A stretch of DNA of 64,000 nucleotides from Felis catus (taxonomy: Eukaryota). The stretch lies in contig NC_058382.1 of assembly GCF_018350175.1 (NCBI RefSeq), positions 51,648,001-51,712,000 on the forward strand, written 5' to 3'. Below, one piece after another: positions 37,871 to 50,507 of this stretch. The translations under genes were made by a program, and so were the position numbers. Position 1 is the stretch's first letter. Each line of letters opens with the position of its first letter. The notes beneath the pieces were generated by a model. The model had not been told where the DNA came from and made no database searches. It worked only from the letters and a program-made list of their open reading frames with translations.

Positions 37871-40702
37871 CCCCTCTCCTTTCATCAAATCTTGGTGGAT
37901 CCCCATAATTTCAGAACTGGTATCCAGGGAGATCCTTGTCTAAGGGAGGCCGGTTGTGGCGCAACACCCATTGCCAAGAGCTCCGGCTTGCCTGGAGCGG
38001 CTTTACTGAACGCTGCCCACCTCTTCAGTCTCTCTTGGGGGGAATGAGCAGAAGTCACCGGAATCCTCAGAGAGAGACGGAGCACACCATCGCTGCGGAA
38101 GCAGCCTTTCACCACACAGGGACCGATCCGAGAACGAAGGGGTTTGCTAGGCTGCGGCACATCCTCGGTGCTGCGTTGACCAGCGTCCCCATCACGGGGC
38201 CGTGTGAGACGACAGCACCAGGAGGTGTGCTACAGGTGTGCATGACAAACTCGTGTGCATTACGAACACCTGCACGTTTACAGAAAATCACCGTCTTTGG
38301 AGGCCAAATGTGATGAGGATCCTCACCGACCACTTGCTACTCTTGGTCAAATCATTTAGCTCTTCTGAAACTGTTTCCCCATACGGAAAAGGAGATCAAA
38401 TACTCTGCTGAGTCATTAGGATCATGACATACGGTACATGTAAAACCGTCCAGCAGAGATTACAGTGAGTCATAGTCATGAATAAGTAATGGGTGTTGCT
38501 ATTCTACAAAGGATGTGTGAATATACTTTCACACACACAAATATTATTCGGCAATACGTTTATGAATATGCAGCCTGCGGCATAAATCTCCCAGGAGGAT
38601 GGGAAAATGAAGGTAAGTGCTTTTCCCAAGCTCTCTTCCCCACCAGTTTCCGCACTTTCTTTTACAGTCGTCCTCCTGCTTATACTGACTGGTTGCCACT
38701 GAGCTAATTGTTTGGGGTTTTTTTCACTTGTATATTCTGATTACCTATAGTGGATGGTGTCATCACCGGGTCAACCAAGCAAATGAGCTTGTTGAGATCG
38801 ACGCTCCCTGGCCAGCAGGTGCCTGGTTGCTCCTTGGGAAGACCTCGCGATGGGGAAGAAAGATGACCCCGCAGTGGCCACCCCGCAGTGGCCACCGAGG
38901 CGTCCCCGCCCAGCCTCAGGCATCTGAGACAAGGTCGTGGCCCCAGGCTCTAGGAGAACTTGCAATGCACACACCTCCTCAGAAAACGGTAGCTCCTCGG
39001 CCCCACCTGCCCCCTCCCCAGACCACTCAACTCTAGAACGCACTTTTCAAAACACAAGGAAAGTCACCCAAAGTGCTTCGGAACATTTTTCCATTTCAAC
39101 GAAGAATAAACCCTCGTTCATCAATGAGAGAGTGTGCTCTGGCATCGTGGCCAGTAAGACCCGCCATAATTTATTACCCTGCATTTTGCTAATTGCTTGT
39201 AGAATTTACTCTACGGTACTGTGTAAATAATGTCGGGACTCGCCGGGCCGAAGCGTGCTCAGCAGCCGTCAGTTGTCTTCCACTTAAGCGACTTAGACAC
39301 AACCAAAAACGAATTAGGATTATTGAACGCCGATGCGGAAAGATGAGATATTAAATCTTTAATGCCCTGAACGTAAGGATATAGTTGATTTTGTGTTCTT
39401 GTTAGTTGCGGCTTTATCATTTTGCATCAGTGATCCTGTGAATGCGTGCATTTTTCTGCAAGGCTCATCGGGTGTTGCTATGGCGACGAGAGCAGCTCTG
39501 ATATACTCCTTTAGGCCCTGTTTGCTGGCTTTTTCAGTAAACACTTAATTATGCGTTGCATTCTGCAATCAGTGCGATTGGAAGAGAGTTTGCTTAGCTG
39601 GTTTCAGGCTAAAGATGAGACCCCCCCGCCCCCAAAGGCAGATGCGTTCATAAGTCTCTTGAGTGTGATTTTAATAAATGGAGCAAAATCAAGAAACCTC
39701 TAAGAGAAAAGCAAACAAATAAGAAAGCAAAGATTCAGTCTAATTATTTCTGATAACCTACCTGTATAAAAGCTTCTCAAAGTCTTATCAACAACGTAAA
39801 TTTCATGCTAAAAACCCTGACGGCTTGGGGAGTGACGGGTGGATTCTTCTACACCATAGAACCTAAGCAGGCAAATCAAACAGCAGAAAAAAATTTTTGA
39901 GGACTATTCTGACTAGGAAGAAGGTATTATCCAAATATGAGATCCTTCAAAATATAAGGTCAGGGATTTTCAACTCAGAAATGAACTTCTGGGATCTGTG
40001 ACCTCCCCCACTTTCCAAAAGTGTAAGCAGATTATTATCTGTGTGTATACGTGCGTCTTTCCAGAAAGAGGGCCCATAACTCATATCAGAAACTCCTCAG
40101 ACAAAACAAGATAAAGATCCACTGATGATTGTATTCTAGTGAAAAACACCCCACCTCCTTCTGAGAAAGCCTGCTAACTGTCTCTCATCACGGGTGAGGT
40201 GATCACCGAAATGCAGGAAAGGTTCTTTTTACAACAGGGACCCCACCCCATCCACATGGTTCTTCATCCAGCTTTGATTTTGATGCAGACGTGCCTGGAT
40301 GCGGTGAACTTCTTCCTCACGTAAAGAAACAAGTGCTGGGTTAGATGCCCCCCAAATAAAGAAGTTGACCCACACACTCTAACTGACAACAAATGCTGAG
40401 CCCCAACGAATGGCTCAGTTTTATTAAAATTATTTAATTCAATGAGGCCACTTATTTGACAGTTTCTTGTAGGAATTAGATTTCCATTTGATTCATTTTT
40501 TTACTGCCGACTGACCATGTACCAGGAAATTCCTTGTACACGCTCTCTATGTCCTTGTGACATTGATGTTGTTATTTACACTGAAGCTGGAAATGAAGGG
40601 CTTAGAGTCAGACAAAGCTCAGAAAGAGCCACCGAAGCAAATGTGGGAATGAAAGAAGCAGACGGGAAGATCCTTCTGTAGGTCAGGGGCTCTCAACCTC
40701 AC

Positions 40703-40759
40703 TGTCAACGACATGCGTTGAGTTCTTCGCTAAATGTCAACGACATGCGTTGAGTTCTT
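40703..40759. repeat. Exact 25-bp direct repeat x2 with 7-bp spacer
   Basis: TGTCAACGACATGCGTTGAGTTCTT at 40703-40727 and 40735-40759. Confidence 0.97.
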
Positions 40760-40764
40760 ACGCG

Positions 40765-41225
40765 GCTACATAGGATGTGTGACATAGCACCCCAAGACTT
40801 AGGGGCCTAAAATCATACCTCTTCCTTACCACCGCTCATGGTTCTACGGGGTACAGAGGGGACAGCTTGTCTCCACCCTACAATGTGTGGGGGCTTCCAC
40901 TGGTTTGACCCAGTGGCTGAGGACCGGACCATTGGGACCACCTGACATCTTTCTCTGTAGAGCTCAGGGCCCCTCTGTGAGCTCACTCATGTGGTCTCCC
41001 CAGCATGACACTGGTAGGGCAGTCAGACTTCTTACATGGTGGCTCAGTGCTCTAGATCAAGTTTTCCAAAAGACCAGGGCAGAACTGCAAGGCTCCTTGG
41101 GACTTGGCCTTGTCAGTCCCAGAGCATCCCGCCGTTTGTCAAGAAGGCACCAGAGTCTGCCCACTTTGAAGAAGACGGGGGCTTGGCACCACCTCTCAGT
41201 AGAAGGGGCGGCAAAGAATGTGTAT
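40765..41225 (-). mobile_element. MaLR solo LTR (MLT1H-like)
   Basis: CACCCCAAGACTTAGGGGCCTAAAA...GGGCAGTCAGACTTCTTACATGGTGGCTCAG...CAGAACTGCAAGGC. Confidence 0.75.
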
Positions 41226-44084
41226 CAAGAGGCAGGATGGACATATAGGTAACGCTGTTAAGTAACTGCCTTAACTTCTCTCCATGCCCGTTACCTCAAT
41301 TACCTCTGCAAAGCGGTCCTGCCATCCCATGTCACAGATATGAAAACTGAGGCTCAGAGAGATTACATGACTTGTCCGGGGGGATGGCAGAGCAGGAATT
41401 CCCCCGGGGACTGTCTGCAAATTCCGTGCCATTCACTACTACCCTTCCTGGTTCCACCACGCTTTGACTCGAGTTCCCATCACTATAGCCTGTGATTTCT
41501 TCTCCCTTCCTCCTAACACGCTTCCTATTTGGATCTTGCAATAGAGCGTCATTACTCAGCTTTCTTTTCTTTCTTTTCTTCTGTTGGCATATAGGTGTCT
41601 CCGCAAAGAGATCACAGAGTCACACGGTGGGAGAGCTCTGGGTTCTGCGCGGGGAAAGGGAAGCGTGGGTTTGGCCAGCATCTTGTCTAGGATCACACAG
41701 ATGACTGGGGGAGAGGCCGGTGCTGGGGTGAAGCAGCTTCTGGTCCTAGCCCTCGGCTCCGGCTTCTTGTGCATGGTTTTAAGCGAGTACGAGCCTCTGA
41801 AAAGCATGTGCGCTGAAACTGTGATTTCTATTGAGAGCCCCTTCCTCTCCGACCTGTCTAGAGGGGCACCTTGTCTAAGGGGAGATCATTTCCTCTCTAA
41901 TGAGAGTACTTGGAGTGCATTTCTTAACTGGCCTTGAGATGCCTGTCAATTTTTTCATCTAGTCCTAATCGAATAGAGCCGAAAGCCATTTTCAGCTAAT
42001 TACAGGAAATGCTTCTAATGGGTAAATGAAGTCTGCAGCTACCCTGGGAAGCTCACCAACCGATAGCTTTTCCTCAAGGTTCACTTTCACTTTGCCTTCC
42101 TCTTAAAGGGCTTATCACTCCCCCAATCCACCCCCCCACCCCAACACACACACCACCCTGAACACCCAGCCGTGTTAGAAGCTTCCAGAGGTCAGTCTGC
42201 CCCAGGGGGAGTGGGAATCCACCAATCATACGTCCAAGACCCCAGAATTTACCAACCACAAGTTGCTAATCACTGTAGTGTGATAAAATGTTCCTTCTGT
42301 CTTTGTGAAAACAAAAGATGGTTTGCCACTTACTCGGAGGCTACAATGCCTGCCAAAAGCAAAGTGGTGGGAGCTGGAGTCACCCCAAAAAATTAAAAAA
42401 GAAAAAAAGAAAATGAAAAAGCTTTGAAAATGTCAAAATGCCTGTCTCACCGCAGCACTACTTTGCTTCCTGTCAGAAAGGAGTCAAAGGAAACTCTGGG
42501 TCACCCAGCTCTGGAGCTTGTGCTAATGAACGGACTGGAGCAGCCCCAAGTGACAGAGAACAAAAAGCACTTGGCTGAGATGGAACCCAGCAGTCAGCCC
42601 AGCTGCGGCTAGAGCAGCGCCTGGGTTTCCAGCTACTGGCGGGTCAGCAGGATTATCCGTCACGTGGCCCATGAGGTTAGAAAGAAAAGGAAAGAAAACC
42701 CAGGAAAGCGTAGACCCTCACACATTTCTCAAGCACCCAACTGTGTAGCTGAAAATCAAGTATGTGAATCATCTATGCCCATGAATCCTTAAAAGAGTTA
42801 ACGACGTGGCTGCAAAATAAATACAGCCAAGCATAGAGTGTATTCCTCCCCTGGATAAATGCTACACCTCATTGAGTCTACCTATACCTCCTAACGCCTC
42901 ACAATTCCAGCAGCTGCCCCAAATGCCCCCCTCCCTGCTTCCTGGGGTCTTTGCCTCTGCTTCACGGGGCCGCTGCTCCTTAAGATCAACACAGAATCCC
43001 ATTTGCCTCCTTGCTAGTCTCCAGCGTGGACCAAATGTTTGCGACAGATATTCAAATAATCAGTCTAACACTATTTGCAAGAGAAAATCGATACCTGCTG
43101 GGAATTACATATTCCATCTAAAGTTTATCCGTCATTTGATGGCAGGATTTGAACCCAGGTCTCTAGATTCCAAAGCTGATGCTCTTTGCTGTCTCAGGCT
43201 GCCAAATGTTGCAGCTCCGACCCGCTAATGTGCCCAACGATGATTCCTTCCGGCTGGTGGCCTGAATTGTCCTTGTTATTTCTTAGAGTTTTCTAGTCAT
43301 CTCATGAGGCTTTATCATTTCAACCTTGTCCCCTTGCCTACCATTCCTTCAAAGGCTCATGGGATGGTCTTCTCAAGCAGGGACCAACTGGAGGTTGGAG
43401 GTTTGATGGCGTTAAGATGGAATTGGGACAAGGGAGCGGAACCTCACATTTGCCAACCAGCCCTTGGTCCTGCGAGGAACAGGTGACATGGATACAGTGG
43501 GAACTCTGGCACCTGAAGAATGAGGTTCCACTTTGCAGACAGACAGTGCTCACTGCCATTCAAGCGGGGCTCCAGAAAAATGAACTGGGGGTACCTTCTC
43601 CCCTTCCCCTCACCCGAGATCCAGTTCTGCCACCAACCAGCTCCCAGAGCATGAAGTCTTGAGATCCAGGTGGGAGGCAGAGGAGCAGGGATAAGGGAAA
43701 GGAGAGGAAGGGAAAGGGGGAGGAGAGAGACAGAGACAGAAAGAGACAGAGATAAAGAGGAGGACGATAGTGGGTTGGGGAGGGTTTTTGCGAAGACTGG
43801 TCTTCTGAGTTGGGTTCCAAGTGGGGAACAGGACCGCACACAAGTTTGTCCCTCTACCCGAAGCAGGACACAAAGGCTACCAGAGGCAGGAAACAACCAG
43901 TGAGTTCAGGAGTCAAGGGAGACAGTCCAAAATGTAAGTTGTCTTTGAAACAACCGACAGCATTCACAGGAATAGTTCTTTCAGGGCTTGGATTTAGAGG
44001 ATTAAGATGGCAGGTTGGCACCTACGAGTTAAGGGACATGGAGGTACTGGGAGGACAAACAACCTTTTATCCTGTAGGTTTGCG

Positions 44085-44306
44085 CATTAAAAGCACAGGA
44101 TTTGAGAACAAAAGGCCTTGGGTTCAAATCTTGGCCCTGTGACTAACTGGGAAATCTCGGGTGTCTGTGCTTTAGTGTCTTCATTAGTAAATGGGAAGAA
44201 GAACACTATTTATGTCTTAGGGATGGGAGAATAAAATGAGACCATACATATACAGAGTCTAGCACAACTCCTGGTGCATACTCATCAATAATCGTTAGTT
44301 ATTATT
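44085..44306 (+). mobile_element. MIR
   Basis: AAAAGCACAGG...CTTGGGTTCAAATCTTGGC...AATAAAATGAGA...CAATAATCGTTAGTTATT. Confidence 0.7.
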
Positions 44307-44663
44307 AAATTCCATTCACCTGGAAGGTCCCAGGATCCACTTGAAGTTGGCTTCGGCCACCACACTGCCAGGTGAAGTCATTCCAATGTGGCAGTCTGAC
44401 AGGCACGCGCGGCCTTGTTCCCAAGAGAAATAGCACCTCCACACCTTGTGAAATGGAGAAGGTGTGTGCAGGAGGACGGTCTGGAGGGCATGTTGGCCAC
44501 AGTGTTGGAATTACAGCAACCTGCTATAACGTTACAATTGAACTGAGCCCTTCAGTCCCAGGGGGTTTGCATTCTGGGCACAAAAAGCTGGAATGAATAA
44601 AGCAGCTGCTGAGTAGGAGTACATTACAGCTGGGTATCACAGGGCTGCCTTTGAGGTACTCAC

Positions 44664-45356
44664 CGATGAGGGAGCGTGGGGCAAGCTGAGGGCAAAACAC
44701 AGACTAACAGCACCCCCACCCAGGTGGAACATATGTGATATTCCTCAGACACTCCTGCTACCCAAGAACAAAGGAAAGAGGTTTAAAGGCTTGCCAGGAT
44801 GATGTGGGAAACTAAGGCGAATGAAAAATTAAATTCCCTTACCATCTACAGCCCCTTGAAACTGGCAGAGTGACCTCCCTCTAGGAGCTCAGCTGCTTCC
44901 ATGACGACACTTTGCTGGGGGCAAAAGAGAACCTTAGCTTAACATTATCCCCACCTTGAGGATCCTGTAAGTCTACTTCTTTTATCCCCACTGCCCGAAG
45001 ACACACGCTGTCAATCATACACCAAGCTGATGGCCCCTGATATACATCTGAACGATCTCATGACTGAAGTTTTATAAATAAATGGCATTTCTCTAGCAAC
45101 AGCTAGTCCCTCAAGGTCCTGGAAACCTTGCTTCTAAAATTTCCTAGAGACTTACTCTATCCCTGACCACCCCACCCCCACCCCCAGCCTGAGGGTATAT
45201 AATGAGTTACCTGTCATGACCCCAGGGCAGCTCTTCCGCCCACAGGTCCTGTCCCCAGGCTTCAACAAAATCGCCGTTTTGCACCAAAGACGTCTTCAGG
45301 AATTCTTTCTTGGCCGTTGGCTCCGGACCACCCACCATCACCCCAAAACTTCGTCG
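44664..45356 (+). mobile_element. Carnivore ERV solo LTR (~690 bp)
   Basis: Imperfect inverted termini CGATGAGG...CTTCGTCG, TATA box GGGTATATAA at about 45193, decayed poly(A) signal AACAAAA, candidate TSD CTCAC/CTCGC. Confidence 0.8.
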
Positions 45357-46084
45357 CTCGCTCCAGCATCTTACGAATCTAATTCTCCCTTCAAGAGGCT
45401 CAGAACTCAGTAGGTTTTACCCTACTGGGATGGTGTTCTGAGGAGGCTGAGAGGAGCGCCCCAAAGATCCAAAGCTCTCTCCCACCACACTTCCCATTAG
45501 ACTTTCGACACAGCCCCTCAAAATTAGAACTTCCAACGCCCCCCACCAAACAAACCTGGTGCCTAAAAGAACTCTCCAAGTCAGGATTCTGAATTGCACA
45601 CCAATTCAGCCGGTTGAGCTGCCTAGAGAAACACATGGGAGAGGGTTCTGAAGGTGAATTTGATCTTAGTGGTTACATATACAACAAATATTTTTAAGCA
45701 ATGAATAGGAGATACCAGTAACTGGCTTGGAGTGTTCGAATAGGCAGGCTTGTCTTGACGAGCTTTTCAAACCACATTCAAAATCCACAACTTGCCTTTT
45801 TTTTTCCTGAAGTGTGTTGCTTTTGCAGACACGATTTTGCTAGATTTTAAAAACAGTCTATTAAGTTGAGAACATCAAAGAGCAGAGCCCAGGGGGTTCG
45901 AGACACAGGGAGCGTGTGAGCAAAACCTTGATGTTGGGAAGGTAGATGGTGAAGGCATGAGACACTGGTCAGTCATTCTGGAAAACGGTGGATCTCTCCT
46001 GAGGTGTGCGCCATGCTGCAGAGTGCAAGGAAGGGCTCGAATTCCAGGGTAAGACATTTGGGCTTTTTTCTCATAAGGGTTTTC

Positions 46085-46523
46085 TGTTGAACACAGAGCA
46101 TGTAAGAGTCCGAAGAAGATCTAATTGGCTTCATTATGCCTCTTCTGAATCGGGCAGCTTCCCATGTGGCAAGGAGAATGTTCCCAGGAGGAGTACAAAA
46201 TAGAGGGTTTTATAGGAAGGAGGGTGGGGCAGGAAGTGATTACCAAAAGAAAAGAAAGGATTGTTTCTAGCTTCATCCCCAGACCTTACAGGGAAGGGTA
46301 GAAGGTCTTATTATGCAGATTACTTCATTTTCCCTTGGCATATAGACAGGGAGGGCCTTTGTGACAGATTGCCTCAGTAATGCTGATCAGAAAATGCCGG
46401 CCGGACCCCTGAAAACGACATTGCTATGGGAGGCTCAAACTGTGATTTGGTTGAGTATTAAATTCAGATTTGGTAACTTGGCTTAAAAGCCATCATTTTG
46501 GACCCGTGGTTTTCTTTTTAACA
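46085..46523 (-). mobile_element. ERV1-type solo LTR
   Basis: TGTT...AACA termini; minus-strand start TGTTAAAAAGAAAACCACGGGTCCAAAATG; minus-strand TATAAAA at about 46208. Confidence 0.65.
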
Positions 46524-46935
46524 AGACTCACTGTGTTCCCTGAAGAAGGGCAGGACACTGGTCCTCTGACCTGTATGTTCCCAATAATATTCTCCTGCAG
46601 TGAAAAGATGTCACTTGTCTGTCATAAGCCTCCTAAACCTTGACCTCATCCCAAAACACCTGCGGGATGAAGCAGAACCAAAGGCTCTCCGGGCTAGAGA
46701 GGAGGGAGGGACTGGTGATGTCTCTACCGTGACATCGGAGGCTTCGGATATTGTCCTTCCCCCCCCTCCCCTTCCCAGGCCTACTACATTTCCACAGACA
46801 CAGTGGAGGGACCTTGTTTGTTTAATGATTTGAACTCTGCAGATAATGAATGGGAAGCAGGTCGAAATCAAATTCCCTTTCCACTCTACTCTCCACACGG
46901 CCACTTCAGGGATGCTTCCAAAACACAGATGTGAC

Positions 46936-47436
46936 CGTGGCGGAGCAAAATGTCCACCTGGAAATGTGGCTCTTGGACAGAAGGATTCTTTTAGGCTGAT
47001 TATTTTTAAGAAAAAGAGACTCGGCACATTTGTCTTTCTGCCTCCCCTCTGCTGCCTGAAAGAAATTAGATGGAGATCTACTCCAGGAAGAGCCATCACC
47101 GTAAATAACTAAAGTATGATATGAATTAGGCGCAGTCAAATGGGAGGAACCCACCAAGACCTGTTTGATCAAGGTCCCGTCTGTGTCCTGTTGTTTCCGG
47201 ATGGCCCAGGAAATGACCTTCCTTCCCTTTGAAGCCCTGGACCCCTATCCCCATCTCCTTAGTCCAAGATGACACATAGTCTCGTTCTGCCTGTCTTTGG
47301 AACCTCTCAGGTGGATGCCTGGTTAGGTGCGTAATTAAATTTGATTTTCTCCTGTTAATCTCTGCCGTTCCAATTTGATCCTTAGACGAGCCAGAAGAAT
47401 CTTGGAAGGACAGAGAAAAATGTTTCCTCCCCAACA
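46936..47436 (+). mobile_element. ERV1 solo LTR, MER34-like
   Basis: Shares AGGCTGATTATTTTTAAGAAA and TTTTCTCCTGTTAATCT with the LTR at 47990-48526; ends TTCCTCCCCAACA. Confidence 0.8.
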
Positions 47437-47703
47437 CGATAATATCATGTACCCGCTTATAATCTGCCACCCCTCTCTTCCCCTGCAGCCTGATTAACAA
47501 AGAAAGAACGTTGCATGTGAGGTGATGTACAGTCAGGATACAGGTGAGCCTCATATGTTTCCATAGTCGTGTGTATAATTCCACATGTATTGCATAAAAG
47601 CACAACAGCACGTCAAACTCATCCCTTCAATCGAAATGTGAAGTTTCTTGGAAATATTGTGCTTAAAAATTTCCTTCCTAAAAATATTTAAGTGAACAGC
47701 ACA

Positions 47704-47931
47704 TTTTTTAAATTGTTTTTTAACGTTGTATTTATTTTTGAGAGAGAGAGAGAGACAGAGACAGAGCGGGGGAGGGGCAAAGAGAGAGAGAGGGAGACAC
47801 AGAATCTGAAGCAGGCTCCAGGCTCTGAGTTGTCAGCACAGAGCCCGACGCGGGGCTTGAACTCACAGACCGCGAGATCATGAGCTGAGCCGAAGTCTGA
47901 TGCTCAACTGATGGAGCCACCCAGGAGCCCC
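47704..47931 (-). mobile_element. CAN-SINE
   Basis: Full structure. Confidence 0.92.
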
Positions 47932-47989
47932 ACAATGTACTTTAATTTAAAGAGAAAACAACAGCTTTAAGTAAACAGTACTGATATTA

Positions 47990-48526
47990 TGTGGGGGGGA
48001 GGAAGAATATTTCTCCTCTACCCTTCTAGATTTTTGGCTGAGACCCTCCTATAATAAAAGATAGATTAACAGGAGAAAACCAAAGAGGGATTTCATAAAA
48101 TGTATACCTCCTGTATACACAGGCGATACCCAGGAAAACTAAGCAGCTCCCCCATATGGGGGTTACCAAGCCATCACCTTATATACCATTCCCAGCTTAA
48201 GACAAAAGATGTTGGGGACAGAGGAACCAGTTACGGGGGGTCACCAGGAAAAGAAAACACAGTCAAGAAGGCTAAGGCTACGGTACAGATGTAGGTCTGT
48301 CTCTTGCGCATTGAGAAGAATTTCCGGAGAGGGAGAGTCATCTTTCTGCGCCCGGTACAGAGAGGAAAACACTCTTACAAACAGAGATTTCTCTTATAAA
48401 CGTAAATTTCCTCTACTCAGTTTTCAGGGCTTTTTCTACGTCTGCTGTTTCTTAAAAATAATCAGCCTCAAACAATCCTTATGGCAAAGAGGCACCTTTT
48501 GGGGTGGTATATTCTGCTCTCCTTCA
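47990..48526 (-). mobile_element. ERV1 solo LTR, MER34-like
   Basis: Minus strand TGAAGGAGAGCAGAATATACCACCCC...GGTATATAAG (TATA)...TTTTCTCCTGTTAATCT...TTCCTCCCCCCACA. Confidence 0.82.
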
Positions 48527-48729
48527 TATGTATATAGAGAAATATCATGGAAGATGGTACTTGAATGGCTGAAATTGGGTTTTGGAAGCACTGACCTGTA
48601 GGAGAATGTCTGATACTGGAATGTCTTAAATGCCCATCACAGCCTGGTGCGCTTTAAGCTTCCCAGTCCCATCTAATGCCGCTAATCACCATGTGTTTCA
48701 GAAGACGGTTTGGCTTTCTGGGAACCTGC

Positions 48730-49066
48730 ACGCTTCTTTAGGCCTCAGGGCCTTTGCACATACATATTTCTTTATAGCTGAAGTCCCTCCTGCTCCCCTT
48801 TCCACCTGGTGAACCACCACCCAAGCTTCTCAACCCAGCTCACATCGTACCTACCTTAGGAACGCTCCCCAGCCTTGCCAGGCAGAATTAAGTCCCCACT
48901 TTGTCCCCTCTAGTTTTGTGGTATGCACTCTATTCAAGCATGCAATCGTCTGACATTATTTGTTTATGTGTCTGGCTTTACAACTAGGCAGAGACTAAAA
49001 GAGGTAAAAAACTGCGTTACTCATCTCGTACACAGAGGCACTTAATAAACACTTAGTAAATGAATG
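48730..49066 (+). mobile_element. L2 3' end
   Basis: GCCTCAGGGCCTTTGCACAT...CACAGAGGCACTTAATAAACACTTAGTAAATGAATG. Confidence 0.65.
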
Positions 49067-49206
49067 GACGCTTTTTCCAATGAGCTTCAAGCCAAAGCAG
49101 TTTTTCATTGTAGTGCCTCCCTCCCACTCTCACCCTGGTTCTTAATTTACTCTTCCAAAGAGGCTTTGGAAGCAACGTGATACTCACTTAAGAATATGAA
49201 AGCTGA

Positions 49207-49427
49207 GGGGTGCCTGGGTGGCTCAGCTGGTTGAGCGTCTGACTTCAGCTCAGGTCATGATCTCGTGGTCTTTGAGTTCGAGCCCCGCCTCGGGCTCTGT
49301 GCTGACAGCTCGGCGCCTGGAGCCTGCTTCAGATTCTGTGTCTTCCTCTCTCGCCGCCCCTCCCCTGCTCATGCTCTGTCTCTCTCTCTCCGTCAAAAAT
49401 AAATAAACATTAAAAAAAAAAAAAAAA
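49207..49427 (+). mobile_element. CAN-SINE
   Basis: TSD AAGAATATGAAAGCTGAG/AAGAATAGGAAAGCTGAG. Confidence 0.95.
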
Positions 49428-50278
49428 AGAATAGGAAAGCTGAGGGTGATATTGTAACAAGCCTCTGTCTCTCCCAAATGACAGGACAGGAATCCACACT
49501 GGTGACTCATTTGTATCCCAGAACACTAGGCTAGGCTGAGGATTTAGAAGGGATCGCTATTCCCCAGAGACCCATTCAGGAAAAAAGATAAGACACCATC
49601 ATGAGTCATTAAAAAATTTTAAACGCTCACAGCAAGGGTAGTCACGTAGAGATGGGGGAGAGAAAAATTTTCCCAAACTTGTCCCTTCTCTGCCCAGCCA
49701 CAGCCGGGGTCAGGGGACCCTCCTCTCTCCCCAGAACAGGTGTTGCCCACGGCTGTCCCACCCATCCCAGCTCTGCCCTCTCCCTCTGCACCCAGGACAA
49801 CCTCAAAGGCCTCCTGTGGTCTTCAAGTGGCCCTCATGGTCCCCCGTAGCCCCTCACAGGACTCCACGGCACCGTGAGCACAAGGCAGGCCGGCCTTCTC
49901 CCGCATGGGTCTATTCTACCTGGAATTTTCTCCCCGAGCTCTGCTCTGGGCTTACCGTTCAGATCTTGGCTTCAGTGTTGTGCCCCCGAAGGGTCCTTTC
50001 CGGATCTCTCCGTAGAAGGTGAGTACCTCTTTCTTTCCTTATCAACTCATTCTGGTTCTTTTCTTTGCCATTTTCATAAGCATCTGTGCGTGTGTGCGCG
50101 TGCACATACGAGCGTGTGTGTGCATTTAAGCCATTTGTTCTACGTTTTAAAAGTTTTAATTCCAGTACAGGTAACATACAGTTTTAAATCAGTTCCACGT
50201 GTACAATATAGTGAGTCAACAATTCTATCCATCACTCAGGGCTCGTGATTTTGCTCGTTTTTAAAAAGAAAGGACATT

Positions 50279-50507
50279 GGGGCGCCTGGGTGGCGCGGTC
50301 GGTTGAGCGTCCGACTTCAGCCAGGTCACGATCTCGCGGTCCGTGAGTTCGAGCCCCGCGTCGGGCTCTGGGCTGATGGCTCGGAGCCTGGAGCCTGTTT
50401 CTGATTCTGTGTCTCCCTCTCTCTGCCCCTCCCCCGTTCATGCTCTGTCTCTCTCGGTCCCAAAAATAAATAAACGTTGAAAAAAAAAATTTAAAAAAAA
50501 TAAAATA
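50279..50507 (+). mobile_element. Young SINEC_Fc
   Basis: Near-consensus copy; TSD AAAAGAAAGGACATT. Confidence 0.95.

Noticed and set aside
40703..40759. CRISPR array
   Set aside because: Only two repeats with a 7-bp spacer, no cas genes, mammalian context
43444..43903. 150-aa and other overlapping ORFs with low-complexity S/L or R/E tracts
   Set aside because: Caused by a purine-rich (GA) simple-sequence tract at about 43670-43770
44664..48526. Intact or deleted provirus
   Set aside because: The LTRs are dissimilar or in opposite orientation; no PBS/PPT or gag/pol/env sequence recognised
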